DNA of 60,063 nt, the filler included. It is 3 parts of 3 records of this genome, joined end to end, with 100 filler letters (N's around TTAATTAATTAA, not from the genome) between each part and the next. Parts side by side here need not be neighbours in the genome. Positions count along the whole stretch, not along the records: positions 20,651 to 46,364 come from SRR20825019_376; 2 more parts are not named here. The stretch is one strand, 5' to 3'. The notes below the pieces were generated by a model. That model saw only the letters and a program-made list of their open reading frames with translations, did no database searches and had not been told where the DNA came from. Shown here piece by piece: positions 21,450-32,125 of the stretch (positions are counted from its first letter, which is position 1; the number at the start of each line of letters is the position of its first letter). A program made the translations under genes and the position numbers.

Positions 21450-23666
21450 TTATCTCCCTGCTCGGTATAACCCAATATCATCAAGAATCACTACCCCAAT
21501 AGAATCCTTATCAAAAACCATATGGATACTTTTAATCTTGTCCAGCTTTAAGCTATCGTTTTCTTTTAAGAAAGATGACATCGGCAAATAGCAGCTTTTT
21601 AATTGGTCTTCAGCGTTTTTTCCTATCATGTTTTTGTCCAGAAAATCGAACTTGGTAAACTTGGTCTTGATAATTCCGGGCAAAGCATTGTAATCCGATA
21701 TTGCCACCGATGCGGTGTTTCCAGTGCTATCTTTAAGCATTACACTAAAATTGAAACCAAACTTTGGTGGATTGTCCTTTTTGTCCCAATCCTTTAGTTC
21801 CAATTCTGAAATATCACCCATAGCCATGGATAAAGCGAGGGTATCTGCATCACTGAAATTCTTCAATGTATCGGGCAGCGAAATACTGAACACCGGAATG
21901 GAATCCTTTTGCACATTCCTGCCATGGTGCCAACCCAAGACCAAAATATTGTTTTGCTGGCTCCCGCCATCTCTGGACATTAACTCGGTTTCACGCCAAA
22001 CTTTGAAGTTATTGGCTGCAAGTAAAATGCTGTCAGAAGCATTGGTCAAGTCTATGTCACCTTCAAAATTTACCAGCACGTTCTTATGTATGTCGCTATA
22101 TTGACTTCTATAGGTTTCTTTGGGCAACCAATCATGCACCAAATCAACATTTTTGAACATGGGTCGGTAACTTTCATCGCCTTTAAATATGCTCTCGGCA
22201 AATGCACTGACATAAACCTTTGCCACTTGCCTTTGCTCCTCCCCCGTGACCAGTGGTTCAAGATTGAGCAACCATTTCATAGGAGCGCCAAAATCCGAAC
22301 GTCCCCACGATGAATTAAATTGACCATGATTGGCATGGTTCATATACAATCCGGTTTTAAAGCCATCAAAATCATCGGAAAATTGCAGTCTGTGATATGG
22401 GCGCATTCCCCAAAAACTTGTTTCATCAGCGTCTGATGCACCTTGAATGCTCAAATAGTTGATGTCCTTTAAACTAATCTCACGATTGTACCTATAATCT
22501 GTGGGTGCTACGGTAATAATACCTTTAATCCCAAAACCAAAGTCGAACTTCTCATTGCCATTATCGGGAAACCTCTCTAATTTATTAAAAGCTGCCGCTA
22601 TGGATACCGCTTCGCCCCCTCTGGAATGCCCCATTAAGATTACATTGTCCAAATCTGCCTTTCCTGATAATTCGGAAGTCTCATCATTGTTCCAATTTCG
22701 CCATTGTTCCAGATGTTTGAGCAACAACCAACCACGCGTTGGCATTTCCTTGCCCATAAAATCACCGGACCAATGTCCGTTGATGAAGTTTTCGTCAACC
22801 GAGACCCCAATAATACCTCGGCTGGCCAAAAGCTCTCCGAGATAGGCATAACCGCCATCGGAATAATCGAGCATACTGTGGTTGCCATGTACCATCATCA
22901 CCATTGGGAAAGGACCTTCACCTTTGGGCATATATACCCGGGCATTCAACGGGAAGCTGTCCACGCCAAACCCCCAATATTTTTCGCGCCATTTTTTCTT
23001 TTTGCCCTTCCATTCCGGAAGTAACAAAGTTGCGTTTACAGTAGGTGTCTTGAATCTGACACCTTCCGCATATTCTGTTCTTTTCTCATCGGTTCCACTG
23101 CCGTAGGTAAAGACTTCAGTTTCAAAATCGCCATTTTTTGATGGGTCAGCAACGCCAAGTTCACTCAAAGTTGTTTCGGGCATTCTTTCTTCGGATGATA
23201 ACTCTTCCAAATATGGGTCGCCATCCAAAGCATTGAATCCATAAAGCCCTAATGCAATCAGAACAATCCCAATAAGAATAAGTGCGCTGCCCTTTCCAGT
23301 ATTTTTATTTTTTATGATTTGCCAGACACCCAAAACAATCAATACCAAACAGATAAACCCGAACAAGGCGAGACTATAGAACAAAAGGGATGGCCACCTA
23401 AAGGCATACATCCTCATAATATAAAGCGCCAAAAAGCCTCCCAAGATTGTTGTTGCAATCGGCACTGGAATCTTCTTGGCCAATGGAAAGAGCCAAGTCA
23501 GCAATAATTTTAAAACTAGAATCAGCACGATGCCTATCAATATTCCGGCCACCATGGTAACCCAAGCGGGATATCCAATGGCGTAATGATAACCGGCCAC
23601 TCCGAAAAGGGTGACAACCAGAATGGCAACTGCTATAAATACAGGTCTGAGAAATAGATTCTTCAT
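21450..23666 (-). CDS. Membrane-anchored alpha/beta hydrolase
   Basis: ~5 N-terminal TM helices; HGNH, GYAYLGELLASRG, nucleophile elbow GHSRGG, ANHGQFN. Confidence 0.85.
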   Translation of the reverse strand: MKNLFLRPVFIAVAILVVTLFGVAGYHYAIGYPAWVTMVAGILIGIVLILVLKLLLTWLFPLAKKIPVPIATTILGGFLALYIMRMYAFRWPSLLFYSLALFGFICLVLIVLGVWQIIKNKNTGKGSALILIGIVLIALGLYGFNALDGDPYLEELSSEERMPETTLSELGVADPSKNGDFETEVFTYGSGTDEKRTEYAEGVRFKTPTVNATLLLPEWKGKKKKWREKYWGFGVDSFPLNARVYMPKGEGPFPMVMMVHGNHSMLDYSDGGYAYLGELLASRGIIGVSVDENFINGHWSGDFMGKEMPTRGWLLLKHLEQWRNWNNDETSELSGKADLDNVILMGHSRGGEAVSIAAAFNKLERFPDNGNEKFDFGFGIKGIITVAPTDYRYNREISLKDINYLSIQGASDADETSFWGMRPYHRLQFSDDFDGFKTGLYMNHANHGQFNSSWGRSDFGAPMKWLLNLEPLVTGEEQRQVAKVYVSAFAESIFKGDESYRPMFKNVDLVHDWLPKETYRSQYSDIHKNVLVNFEGDIDLTNASDSILLAANNFKVWRETELMSRDGGSQQNNILVLGWHHGRNVQKDSIPVFSISLPDTLKNFSDADTLALSMAMGDISELELKDWDKKDNPPKFGFNFSVMLKDSTGNTASVAISDYNALPGIIKTKFTKFDFLDKNMIGKNAEDQLKSCYLPMSSFLKENDSLKLDKIKSIHMVFDKDSIGVVILDDIGLYRAGR

Positions 23667-23812
23667 AGGGGGAGGTTGGTTGGTTTGGTCTTAAAATTCA
23701 GAATAATAGCTCTGAATTTAAGCATTTTTGTCCATAGCAACCTACTCCCAAAAATTAATTAGAAAATCCCCAAACCAGTAAAGGTTAAATTATCAGAAAG
23801 CAAAAATTTGCA

Positions 23813-26143
23813 TTAGGCATTGTCCAAAACCTCAAGCTTGGCAAAGCGCAGCAATAATTTTTTTATTCCACCCTGATCAAAATGTATTTCCGCTTTTCTA
23901 TCGTTACCGGCACCTTCAATATTAAGGATTTTTCCCCTTCCAAAACGCGTATGGTTCACACGAGCACCTGTTACCAGACCTGGGTCCAAATCCATTGGTT
24001 GTGAAGGAGAAGATATTTCGGGCTTTAGTTTGCGCAGCTTACGCAATTGGTTTTCATTTGGCCCCTGAACACTGGGAGGTGTTCCGTTCGATGGCTTTAC
24101 CTGACGTAGCTTGCTCTTGTCCACCTCGCCAAAAATATTCTTATCGATTGTTGATTTGTATCGGTAGCCATCATTGACCGGCGTTAGGTTCTCTACATAT
24201 TTTTCTTCAATTTCCTCCAAAAAACGACTTGGTTCGGCATCAATCAATTTTCCCCAACGATAGCGATTTTGTGTATAGGTAAGAAATGCCTGTTTTTCTG
24301 CCCGGGTGAGTGCCACATAAAACAGTCGTCGCTCTTCTTCCAGCTCGCTCCTAGTGTTCATGCTCATGGCGGATGGAAACAAATCTTCTTCCATTCCCAC
24401 GATATAGACGTAGGGGAATTCCAGACCTTTGGCCAGGTGAATGGTCATGAGTGCAACTCTGTCATCATCCTCTATATCCTTGTCCATGTCCGTTGCAAGG
24501 GCCACATCCTCCAAAAATTCGGTTAAACTTCCTGTGGCATCTGCAATTTCTTTTTGGCCCTCCACAAAATCCTTGATGCCGTTCAAAAGCTCCTCAATGT
24601 TCTCCATTTTGGCAATGCCTTCCGGAGTACCATCCTTTTTAAACTCCAACAAGAGACCTGTTTTTTTGGCCACATGTTCCGCCAAAACAAAAGCATCGGA
24701 GCCTTCGTTCATAATTTGGAAGCTCTTGATCATGGTGACAAAATCCGCCAGTTTACGTTTGGTACCGGCATTGATGTTCATATTGAGCTTATCCAAATGT
24801 TCCATGACCTCGTAAATGGAACGCCCATAATGATTGGCTGCAACCACAAGTTTATCAATCGTGGTCTGCCCTATTCCGCGCGTAGGAAAGTTTATGACCC
24901 GTTTTAGCGCTTCCTCATCTTTGGGGTTGATGACCAACCGTAGATAAGCCAATACGTCTTTGATTTCCTTGCGCTGGTAGAAAGATAATCCACCATAAAT
25001 ACGATATGGGATATCCCGCTTGCGCAGTGCATCCTCAATGGCGCGGGATTGTGAATTGGTACGATACAACACGGCAAACTCACCGTTCTGCATCTGGTTC
25101 TGCATTTTGTTCTCAAAAATGGAACCTGCCACATAGCGACCCTCCTCGGCATCGGTAACGCTTCGATGGATTTTTATGAGCCCCCCATCATCATTGGAAG
25201 TCCATACATTTTTTTCCAGCTGATTTTTATTGTTTGCAATGATGGAGTTTGCTGCATTTACAATATTCTTGGTGGAACGGTAATTCTGTTCCAATCGATA
25301 TACGGCCACATTGTCGTAATCCCGTTGAAAATTGAGTATGTTACTAATGTTCGCACCACGGAAGGAATAAATACTCTGTGCATCGTCCCCCACCACACAA
25401 ATATTTTGGTAACGGTCCGATAACGCCTTTACAATCAAATACTGGGAATGGTTGGTATCCTGGTACTCATCTACCAAAATATATCGGAAACGATCTTGGT
25501 ATTTCATCAATACCTCAGGAAATCGGGTCAGTAGCTCATTAGTTCGTAGCAACAAATCATCAAAATCCATGGCACCCGCCTTAAAGCATCTATCTACATA
25601 GTTCTGATAGATTTCACCCAAACGTGGACGCTTTGCCATGGCATCGGCTTCCATTAATTCAGGATTTTGAAAGTATGCTTTCACGGTAATCAAGCTGTTC
25701 TTATAGGATGAAATGCGGTTCTGGACCTGTTTGTACTTGTAAATATCCTTGTCCAGCCCCATTTCTTTGATAATGGCAGCAATCAAACGTTGTGAATCTT
25801 GGGTATCGTAAATAGTGAAGTTGCTCGGATAGCCCAGTTTGTCACCATCAAAACGGAGCAATTTGGCAAAAACGGAGTGAAACGTACCCATCCAAAGGTT
25901 CTTCGCCTCGGAATTGCCAACAATTGTAGCAATCCGCTTCTTCATCTCACGTGCTGCCTTATTGGTAAAGGTCAACGCCAAAATATTGAAGGAATCCACT
26001 CCTTGCTCCATTAAATGTGCGATTCGGTACGTAAGCACTCGGGTCTTCCCAGAGCCTGCACCGGCAATCACCATTAGAGGTCCATCCTTATGCAGCACGG
26101 GGGCGCGCTGCGCATCATTCAATTCATCTATAAAATTACTCAA
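23813..26143 (-). CDS. pcrA: UvrD/PcrA ATP-dependent DNA helicase
   Basis: AGAGSGKT, TFTNKAA, DEYQD, GDDAQSIY, LEQNYRST, TIHLAKGLEF, YVALTRA. TTG start at 26143 preferred (ORF open to 26182). Confidence 0.95.
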   Translation of the reverse strand: MSNFIDELNDAQRAPVLHKDGPLMVIAGAGSGKTRVLTYRIAHLMEQGVDSFNILALTFTNKAAREMKKRIATIVGNSEAKNLWMGTFHSVFAKLLRFDGDKLGYPSNFTIYDTQDSQRLIAAIIKEMGLDKDIYKYKQVQNRISSYKNSLITVKAYFQNPELMEADAMAKRPRLGEIYQNYVDRCFKAGAMDFDDLLLRTNELLTRFPEVLMKYQDRFRYILVDEYQDTNHSQYLIVKALSDRYQNICVVGDDAQSIYSFRGANISNILNFQRDYDNVAVYRLEQNYRSTKNIVNAANSIIANNKNQLEKNVWTSNDDGGLIKIHRSVTDAEEGRYVAGSIFENKMQNQMQNGEFAVLYRTNSQSRAIEDALRKRDIPYRIYGGLSFYQRKEIKDVLAYLRLVINPKDEEALKRVINFPTRGIGQTTIDKLVVAANHYGRSIYEVMEHLDKLNMNINAGTKRKLADFVTMIKSFQIMNEGSDAFVLAEHVAKKTGLLLEFKKDGTPEGIAKMENIEELLNGIKDFVEGQKEIADATGSLTEFLEDVALATDMDKDIEDDDRVALMTIHLAKGLEFPYVYIVGMEEDLFPSAMSMNTRSELEEERRLFYVALTRAEKQAFLTYTQNRYRWGKLIDAEPSRFLEEIEEKYVENLTPVNDGYRYKSTIDKNIFGEVDKSKLRQVKPSNGTPPSVQGPNENQLRKLRKLKPEISSPSQPMDLDPGLVTGARVNHTRFGRGKILNIEGAGNDRKAEIHFDQGGIKKLLLRFAKLEVLDNA

Positions 26144-26283
26144 GGGCCAGAAGCTTTTAAAAGTAGCCGTGAAATTAGCCAATATTGAGCTCTTGCTAAA
26201 ATCAAGCTTTCAATTTTTATAAACATCGTTTTCGGATTTGGACCTATTTTTAAATATATTTAACGTCTCAACTCAAATAGCTG

Positions 26284-26823
26284 ATGAATTTTCAACGTTT
26301 ACCTCAATTCCTTTTACTTTTTCTTGTGTTTTCTGGATTTTCTCAAACCACCAAATCGGGCCCCGTGATAGAAGGCTACGGTGCGGTATGGGAAATCAAC
26401 GACCCCGACTTTGAGACGGACACATCCCAAGAATTTAAAGTGGTTTTTGATGTTAAGGATGGCCCTGAGTCTAATACAGAACTTAACAGGAACATTAATA
26501 CCGTTGCCCGTTTTTTGAATATGCACGCCCAAAGTGGCATACCAACCGCGCAATTAAAGGCAGCATTGATAGTGCATGGCACCGCAGCAAGAAATTTACT
26601 TTCCGACGATGCACATAAAGCTAGGTATAAAGTAGAAAATCCAAATAGAGAACTCGTTGAAGAACTGTTATCCGCAGGTGTGGAAATAATCATGTGCGGA
26701 CAGTCTTCCAAAACAAGGGACCTACCAAAAGAAGATTTGATTCCTGGGGTAAAAATCGCGCTCTCCGCCATGACAGCCAATATTCAATTGCAAAACCAAG
26801 GTTACCGCCCGATTAAACTATAA
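26284..26823 (+). CDS. Secreted DsrE/DsrF-like family protein
   Basis: Signal peptide; FKVVFDV, ARFLNMH, IVHGTA, GVEIIMCGQS, SAMTA..LQNQGY. Confidence 0.8.
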   Translation: MNFQRLPQFLLLFLVFSGFSQTTKSGPVIEGYGAVWEINDPDFETDTSQEFKVVFDVKDGPESNTELNRNINTVARFLNMHAQSGIPTAQLKAALIVHGTAARNLLSDDAHKARYKVENPNRELVEELLSAGVEIIMCGQSSKTRDLPKEDLIPGVKIALSAMTANIQLQNQGYRPIKL

Positions 26824-26845
26824 ACTAACTCAACACAATTATATT

Positions 26846-28132
26846 ATGAAGAACGTTTTAGCACTTGCACTTTGCACAGCAAGTTTATCCATGTATGCCC
26901 AAGATCATGGGCTGGAAAAGGACATCGCTGCCGTTGAATCCAAAGTGATTGAATGGCGTCGAGACATGCATCAACATCCTGAACTGAGCAACCGAGAGTT
27001 CAAAACTGCGGAGAAAATCGCTGCCCACCTAAAATCCCTTGGCATAGAGGTACAAACAGGTGTTGCCCATACTGGGGTTGTAGGTCTCTTAAAAGGGGAC
27101 CATCCGGGAAAAGTGGTCGCTTTGAGAGCGGATATTGATGCCCTACCGGTGACAGAAAGAAACGACCTACCATTTAAATCAGAAGTAAAATCCGAGTATT
27201 TGGGCGAAGAGGTCGGAGTGATGCATGCCTGTGGACACGATACACACATTGCTATCATGATGGGAACAGCTGAAGTCTTGGCCAAGAACAAGGACAAAAT
27301 CCATGGTACCGTAAAATTCATATTCCAACCTGCGGAAGAAGGTGCTCCTCCCGGAGAAGAAGGTGGCGCAGAACTTATGGTCAAAGAAGGTGTTCTTGAT
27401 AATCCAAAAGTTGATGCGATTTACGGACTTCACATTGGCTCCTACTTACCTGTGGGTCACATTGCCTACAAACCAGGCGGAGCAATGGCCGCGGCACAAC
27501 GCTTTGTTGTTAAGATCAAGGGAAAACAATCCCACGGTTCACAGCCTTGGGGCGGTATCGACCCCATTTTTGTGGCATCCAAGATTGTAGATGGGTACCA
27601 GTCCATCATCAGCCGGGAATTGGAATTGACCAAGGAAGCTGCCGTTATCACGGTCGGAAAAATCAGTGGCGGAGTACGTAACAATATCATTCCGGAAAGT
27701 GCCGAGCTTATCGGAACCATTCGTACGTTGGATTATGATATGCAAAAACAGGTAAACGACAGAATGAAGGAAATGGCGGAAAACATTGCCAAAGCCTACC
27801 GCGCCGAAGCGACCGTGGAAATTGCAAAAGGTGTTCCAATCACCTACAACGACCCCGATTTAACAGCAACATCGTTGCCCAGTCTTCAAGAAGTGGCAGG
27901 AGCGGAAAATGTACATTTGATCAAGGCCATAACAGGAGCTGAGGATTTTTCGTTCTATCAAGAAAATATACCCGGTTTCTTTTATGTTTTGGGAGGAAAA
28001 GACCCTAATGCAGGTCCTGATGAGCACTTTCCCCATCACACTCCCGATTTTAAAATTGACGATAGCGGATTACAATTGGGTGTGAAAGCCATGACGGAAA
28101 TCGCTTTGGATTACTTGGATAGAAGCAAATAA
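26846..28132 (+). CDS. M20 family amidohydrolase (secreted)
   Basis: HPELSNRE, LRADIDALP, MHACGHD, FQPAEEG, GAEDF, HHTPDF. Confidence 0.93.
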   Translation: MKNVLALALCTASLSMYAQDHGLEKDIAAVESKVIEWRRDMHQHPELSNREFKTAEKIAAHLKSLGIEVQTGVAHTGVVGLLKGDHPGKVVALRADIDALPVTERNDLPFKSEVKSEYLGEEVGVMHACGHDTHIAIMMGTAEVLAKNKDKIHGTVKFIFQPAEEGAPPGEEGGAELMVKEGVLDNPKVDAIYGLHIGSYLPVGHIAYKPGGAMAAAQRFVVKIKGKQSHGSQPWGGIDPIFVASKIVDGYQSIISRELELTKEAAVITVGKISGGVRNNIIPESAELIGTIRTLDYDMQKQVNDRMKEMAENIAKAYRAEATVEIAKGVPITYNDPDLTATSLPSLQEVAGAENVHLIKAITGAEDFSFYQENIPGFFYVLGGKDPNAGPDEHFPHHTPDFKIDDSGLQLGVKAMTEIALDYLDRSK

Positions 28133-28159
28133 TCAATATTAATAAATACATATTTTTAG

Positions 28160-28200
28160 GCCCCAATGTCCTCCAATATTTGGAATTTGGATGTTGGGGC
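28160..28200. repeat. Intergenic inverted repeat (hairpin)
   Basis: GCCCCAATGTCC..GGATGTTGGGGC 12-bp stem (two G-U pairs) enclosing TCCAA-TAT-TTGGA. Confidence 0.6.
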
Positions 28201-28234
28201 TTGATATTTGTAGCTACTATATCAAATTGAATAA

Positions 28235-29797
28235 ATGGAAGGATTCCTTGATTTTTTAGGCGACGTCCCTTGGTGGACTTGGGTTTTGATTTTTCTGGCG
28301 ATAGTGGCCATACGTGACATCTTTTTTCAAAAGGCCCATACCATCAGCCACAACTATCCGGTGGTGGGGCACCTAAGGTACTGGCTGGAAAGTATAGGTC
28401 CGGAAATGCGGCAATATTTTGTTGCCAACAATCGGGAAGAACTTCCTTTTAATAGAATAGAGCGAAGCTGGATATATGCATCGGCCAAAAAAGAAAACAA
28501 TTATGAAGGGTTTGGTACCGATAGGGACATTTACAAGCACCAACATCTTTTTATAAAAAATGCAATGATAGGGTTCCAGGTCCCAGAAAAGCATCCAAAT
28601 ATTGAACATCCATATTTTATACCGTGCGCAAAGGTAATGGGTGCCTATAATAAACGAAGAAAACCATACCGCCCGGCATCCATCATCAATGTATCCGCAA
28701 TGAGTTTTGGCTCGCTTTCCGCGGCTGCCATCGAATCATTGAACAAGGGAGTTGAAAAGTGCGGCGCCTATCACAATACAGGTGAAGGGGGCCTTTCACC
28801 CTATCATAAACAAGGCGGCGATGTGATTTTTCATTTTGGAACCGGATATTTTGGAGTTCGTTCAAGAGATGGAGGGTTTTCAATGGATAAATTAAAAGTC
28901 CTTGTTGATGAAAATCCATGTATCAAAGCTATTGAGATCAAGCTTTCCCAAGGAGCCAAACCTGGAAAGGGAGGAGTACTTCCTGGTTCTAAAATCACCC
29001 ATGAGCTTGCTGAAATCCGTGGCGTGGAAGTTGGAAAAGATGTCATCTCCCCTCCTACACATAAAGCATTTTCCACAATTCCAGAGCTTATGGAGTTTAT
29101 TGAGTCCATAGCTGAGGAAACAGGACTCCCCGTCGGAATTAAGGGTGCCATAGGTAAAATTGACCAATGGCAAGAACTTGCCGATTTAATGAAGAAAACG
29201 GGCAAAGGCCCAGATTTTATAACCATTGATGGCGGTGAAGGAGGCACAGGAGCAGCGCCTCCAAGTTTTGCCGACCATGTTTCCTTGCCTTGGACCTATG
29301 GGTTCTCTTCGGTCTACAAGCTATTTCTAGACCATGGCCTTACGGATAGAATTGTTTTTATTGGAAGTGGAAAATTAGGTTTCCCCGGGAAGGCCGCCAT
29401 GGCATTTGCTATGGGCGCGGACTGCATCAACGTGGCCCGGGAAGCCATGATGAGCATTGGATGTATTCAGGCACAGGTTTGCCACACCAATAGATGTCCT
29501 GCTGGTGTTGCTACGCAGAACAAATGGAGACAGAGCGGAATCAACGTGCCGTTGAAATCGGATAGGTTGGCCCAATATTTCAATACCTTCAAAAAAGAAT
29601 TCTTGGAAATCACCCATGCTGCGGGTTATGAACATCCCTGCCAATTTCATATGGAGGATATACAAGTGAATGTGGACGATGATTATCTTAGCAGCGATAT
29701 TAGAAGGGTCTACAAGTACCAAAAAGAGAAAGTGCCCTTCACCTCTATGCAGGAGCTCTATAATTGTGAGCATCTTGGAGGCAAGAAAACAACTTAA
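28235..29797 (+). CDS. FMN-binding glutamate synthase family protein
   Basis: SAMSFGSLS, NTGEGG, EIKLSQGAKPGKGG, DGGEGGTGAAP, GCIQAQVCHTNRCPAGVATQ. Confidence 0.93.
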   Translation: MEGFLDFLGDVPWWTWVLIFLAIVAIRDIFFQKAHTISHNYPVVGHLRYWLESIGPEMRQYFVANNREELPFNRIERSWIYASAKKENNYEGFGTDRDIYKHQHLFIKNAMIGFQVPEKHPNIEHPYFIPCAKVMGAYNKRRKPYRPASIINVSAMSFGSLSAAAIESLNKGVEKCGAYHNTGEGGLSPYHKQGGDVIFHFGTGYFGVRSRDGGFSMDKLKVLVDENPCIKAIEIKLSQGAKPGKGGVLPGSKITHELAEIRGVEVGKDVISPPTHKAFSTIPELMEFIESIAEETGLPVGIKGAIGKIDQWQELADLMKKTGKGPDFITIDGGEGGTGAAPPSFADHVSLPWTYGFSSVYKLFLDHGLTDRIVFIGSGKLGFPGKAAMAFAMGADCINVAREAMMSIGCIQAQVCHTNRCPAGVATQNKWRQSGINVPLKSDRLAQYFNTFKKEFLEITHAAGYEHPCQFHMEDIQVNVDDDYLSSDIRRVYKYQKEKVPFTSMQELYNCEHLGGKKTT

Positions 29798-29838
29798 TTA
29801 AAAACATTATAACTTAGACCCAAATAATTGTACTACTT

Positions 29839-30612
29839 ATGAAAAACAATCTACTCGTCATTGCGCTTCTTATTATCACCACAAGTGTTTATTCGCAGAG
29901 AAAAAGTGATTTAATTGCTGAAATAGACAATCTAAAATCAAAAATATCCGAGGTGGAACAAGAACTCGCTGTTGCAAAAAGGGAAATATCATCCAGTAAT
30001 GCCGAAGCAGAGGCCTTGAAATCGGAAAATTTAACCCTTCGTGATGCAAATGCAACCCTGTTGGGCAACATGAGCAATTTTTCACAGTTGTCAAAACAGA
30101 ACTCGGACAATGTAGACCGGGCCATGGCTGCTCTTGCCAGAAAAGAAAAACAGTTAAGTGGAATTAACGATATGATTTCTGCAAACGACTCTACCGCTAT
30201 TGTTTCTCTGACACGAATTAAACAGACCTTGGGAGAAAATGCCAAAGTAAGTGTTGAAGCTGGCGTAGTGGTCATCAGTAATAGTTTGAATACACTTTTT
30301 GGCTCGGACACCTCTGATAAATTGACGGAAGAAGGCAAAACGTGGTTGGCCGGTGTGGCAGATATTATCAAATCCAATCCAAGTTTTAAGGCCGAAGTCG
30401 AAGGATTGAACATTACCGGTGAATTTGGCCCTACCTATGACCAAGTGGCTTCTGTGGCCTCCGAACTCGTAACCAGTTTGGAAGTTCCTGCCCAAAACAT
30501 AGGCATTTCCGCCAAGGATGGTAATTTTAAAGAGGGAATCAACATAAGACTGCAACCCGATTACAAAGGTTTTTACGCTAAGGCCAAAGAAAGTGCCAAG
30601 GCGACCCAATAA
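29839..30612 (+). CDS. Secreted coiled-coil protein with degenerate OmpA/MotB-like C-terminus
   Basis: Signal peptide, long heptad region, then LFGSDTSDKLTEEGKTWLAGVADIIKSNP..AEVEG (OmpA-like start) lacking the canonical D/R peptidoglycan-binding residues. Confidence 0.6.
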   Translation: MKNNLLVIALLIITTSVYSQRKSDLIAEIDNLKSKISEVEQELAVAKREISSSNAEAEALKSENLTLRDANATLLGNMSNFSQLSKQNSDNVDRAMAALARKEKQLSGINDMISANDSTAIVSLTRIKQTLGENAKVSVEAGVVVISNSLNTLFGSDTSDKLTEEGKTWLAGVADIIKSNPSFKAEVEGLNITGEFGPTYDQVASVASELVTSLEVPAQNIGISAKDGNFKEGINIRLQPDYKGFYAKAKESAKATQ

Positions 30613-30688
30613 CCTTTAGTCAAAAATACTTTTTACAATTTTGATGCGTTCTTGGTAGTGTAAAATCAATAAAAAACCAGACTACCTT

Positions 30689-31210
30689 ATGAGTGGAGAT
30701 CAAATCCTTCAGTTATTCGCTTATTTAATGCCGGCCGTTGTAACGGGCGCCGTGGCCTTCTACTTTTTTAGATTGCATACCCGAAACGAAGATGGGCGCA
30801 GACGATTTTTATTGCACAAAGATTCCCAAAAGGACACTTTACCGATTCGTTTACAGGCCTATGAGCGCATGGCCCTATTTTTGGAACGAATTGCCCTCAA
30901 CAGTTTAGTAGTTCGCGTTGCGCCGGCCAGTAAAAACAAAGGTGATTATGAAAACTTGCTCATAAAGCAGATAGAAACTGAGTTCGAACATAATCTATCA
31001 CAACAAATATACATGTCGGATGCTTGTTGGAACATCATCAAAACTGCAAAGAACACCACGATACAGATAATCCGTTCAGCTGGAATGAGCGCAACTGATT
31101 CTCCCGATAAATTGCGAGAAGATATCTTGAACCAGACCATGGAAAAGGAATCACCTTCGAATGCAGCCTTGGCTTATGTTAAAAAAGAGGTGAGCGACCT
31201 TTGGTCTTAA
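30689..31210 (+). CDS. Conserved hypothetical membrane-anchored protein
   Basis: One N-terminal TM; LPIRLQAYERMALFLERI..EFEHNLSQQIYMS. Confidence 0.75.
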   Translation: MSGDQILQLFAYLMPAVVTGAVAFYFFRLHTRNEDGRRRFLLHKDSQKDTLPIRLQAYERMALFLERIALNSLVVRVAPASKNKGDYENLLIKQIETEFEHNLSQQIYMSDACWNIIKTAKNTTIQIIRSAGMSATDSPDKLREDILNQTMEKESPSNAALAYVKKEVSDLWS

Positions 31211-32125
31211 TCATTCCTGTTTTTCAGGTTCGATAGGGCTCGTTTCGTCGTTCTTGTTCTTGGCATACAGATAACCGCGTTTCCACCACAAGGTCATACG
31301 TTCCTTATTGAATATCAATGAGTTTGTGGTGAGAACCGTTGGTGTATAATAAAAATTGATGATAGCATCTTTCTGATTGGCCACCAATTTTCCAATACGC
31401 ACATTTTGGTTCTCGATACGGTCGAGCATAAAACCAAAAATGGTTGTTATCAAATCAAAAGGGTTTTTAGAGGACATACGGTTCAAGTGGTTTACCTCGG
31501 TATGAAGTACCACAACATCCACTTCGGTCGCACCTCGTAACAAAGCCTCCTCTATTGGCACCAGAGTACCAAGCCCTCCATCGGCATATTCACATCCATC
31601 TTTCTTTACCAAGCTCATAAATGGCGTATAGTTGGAGGAAATCCAAATCCAATCACAGAATTCGTCGTAGGTGCAGTCATTAATGGATTTATATTCGACC
31701 TGGTTCAATGATAAGTTGGATACGGTAACCACTACATCTACCTTACTTTTTTTGAGCTTATTGAACTCTTGGACGGTAATGGAACTACGAATCAATTTTC
31801 TAAGGTTCTCACTTTCTCCAAAGGTCTTTTTTCCTTTGATAAAGTTTTTGATAACGTTCCAGTGGTTGATAGCAATGGTCTCTACTCCGTGCTTTTTCTT
31901 GATGATAAAAGGGCAATTGTTGAAGATGCTATCCTGATTAACGTTTGAGTAGATATTCTTGATCTTGTCCAACTTGTTCAGGGCCAAATGGGAAATCAGA
32001 AGGCTTCCTGTGGATGTTCCGACGAAAAGATCATAATCATGCTTGGCCTCTTGAATCAAAAATTGGGCAACGCCGCCCGCAAAGGCACCCTTGCTACCTC
32101 CTCCCGAAATGACCAATGCCCTCAT
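31211..32125 (-). CDS. Patatin-like phospholipase
   Basis: SGGGSKG, GTSTG, DGG motifs; start overlaps the upstream M1 gene stop. Confidence 0.92.
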   Translation of the reverse strand: MRALVISGGGSKGAFAGGVAQFLIQEAKHDYDLFVGTSTGSLLISHLALNKLDKIKNIYSNVNQDSIFNNCPFIIKKKHGVETIAINHWNVIKNFIKGKKTFGESENLRKLIRSSITVQEFNKLKKSKVDVVVTVSNLSLNQVEYKSINDCTYDEFCDWIWISSNYTPFMSLVKKDGCEYADGGLGTLVPIEEALLRGATEVDVVVLHTEVNHLNRMSSKNPFDLITTIFGFMLDRIENQNVRIGKLVANQKDAIINFYYTPTVLTTNSLIFNKERMTLWWKRGYLYAKNKNDETSPIEPEKQE

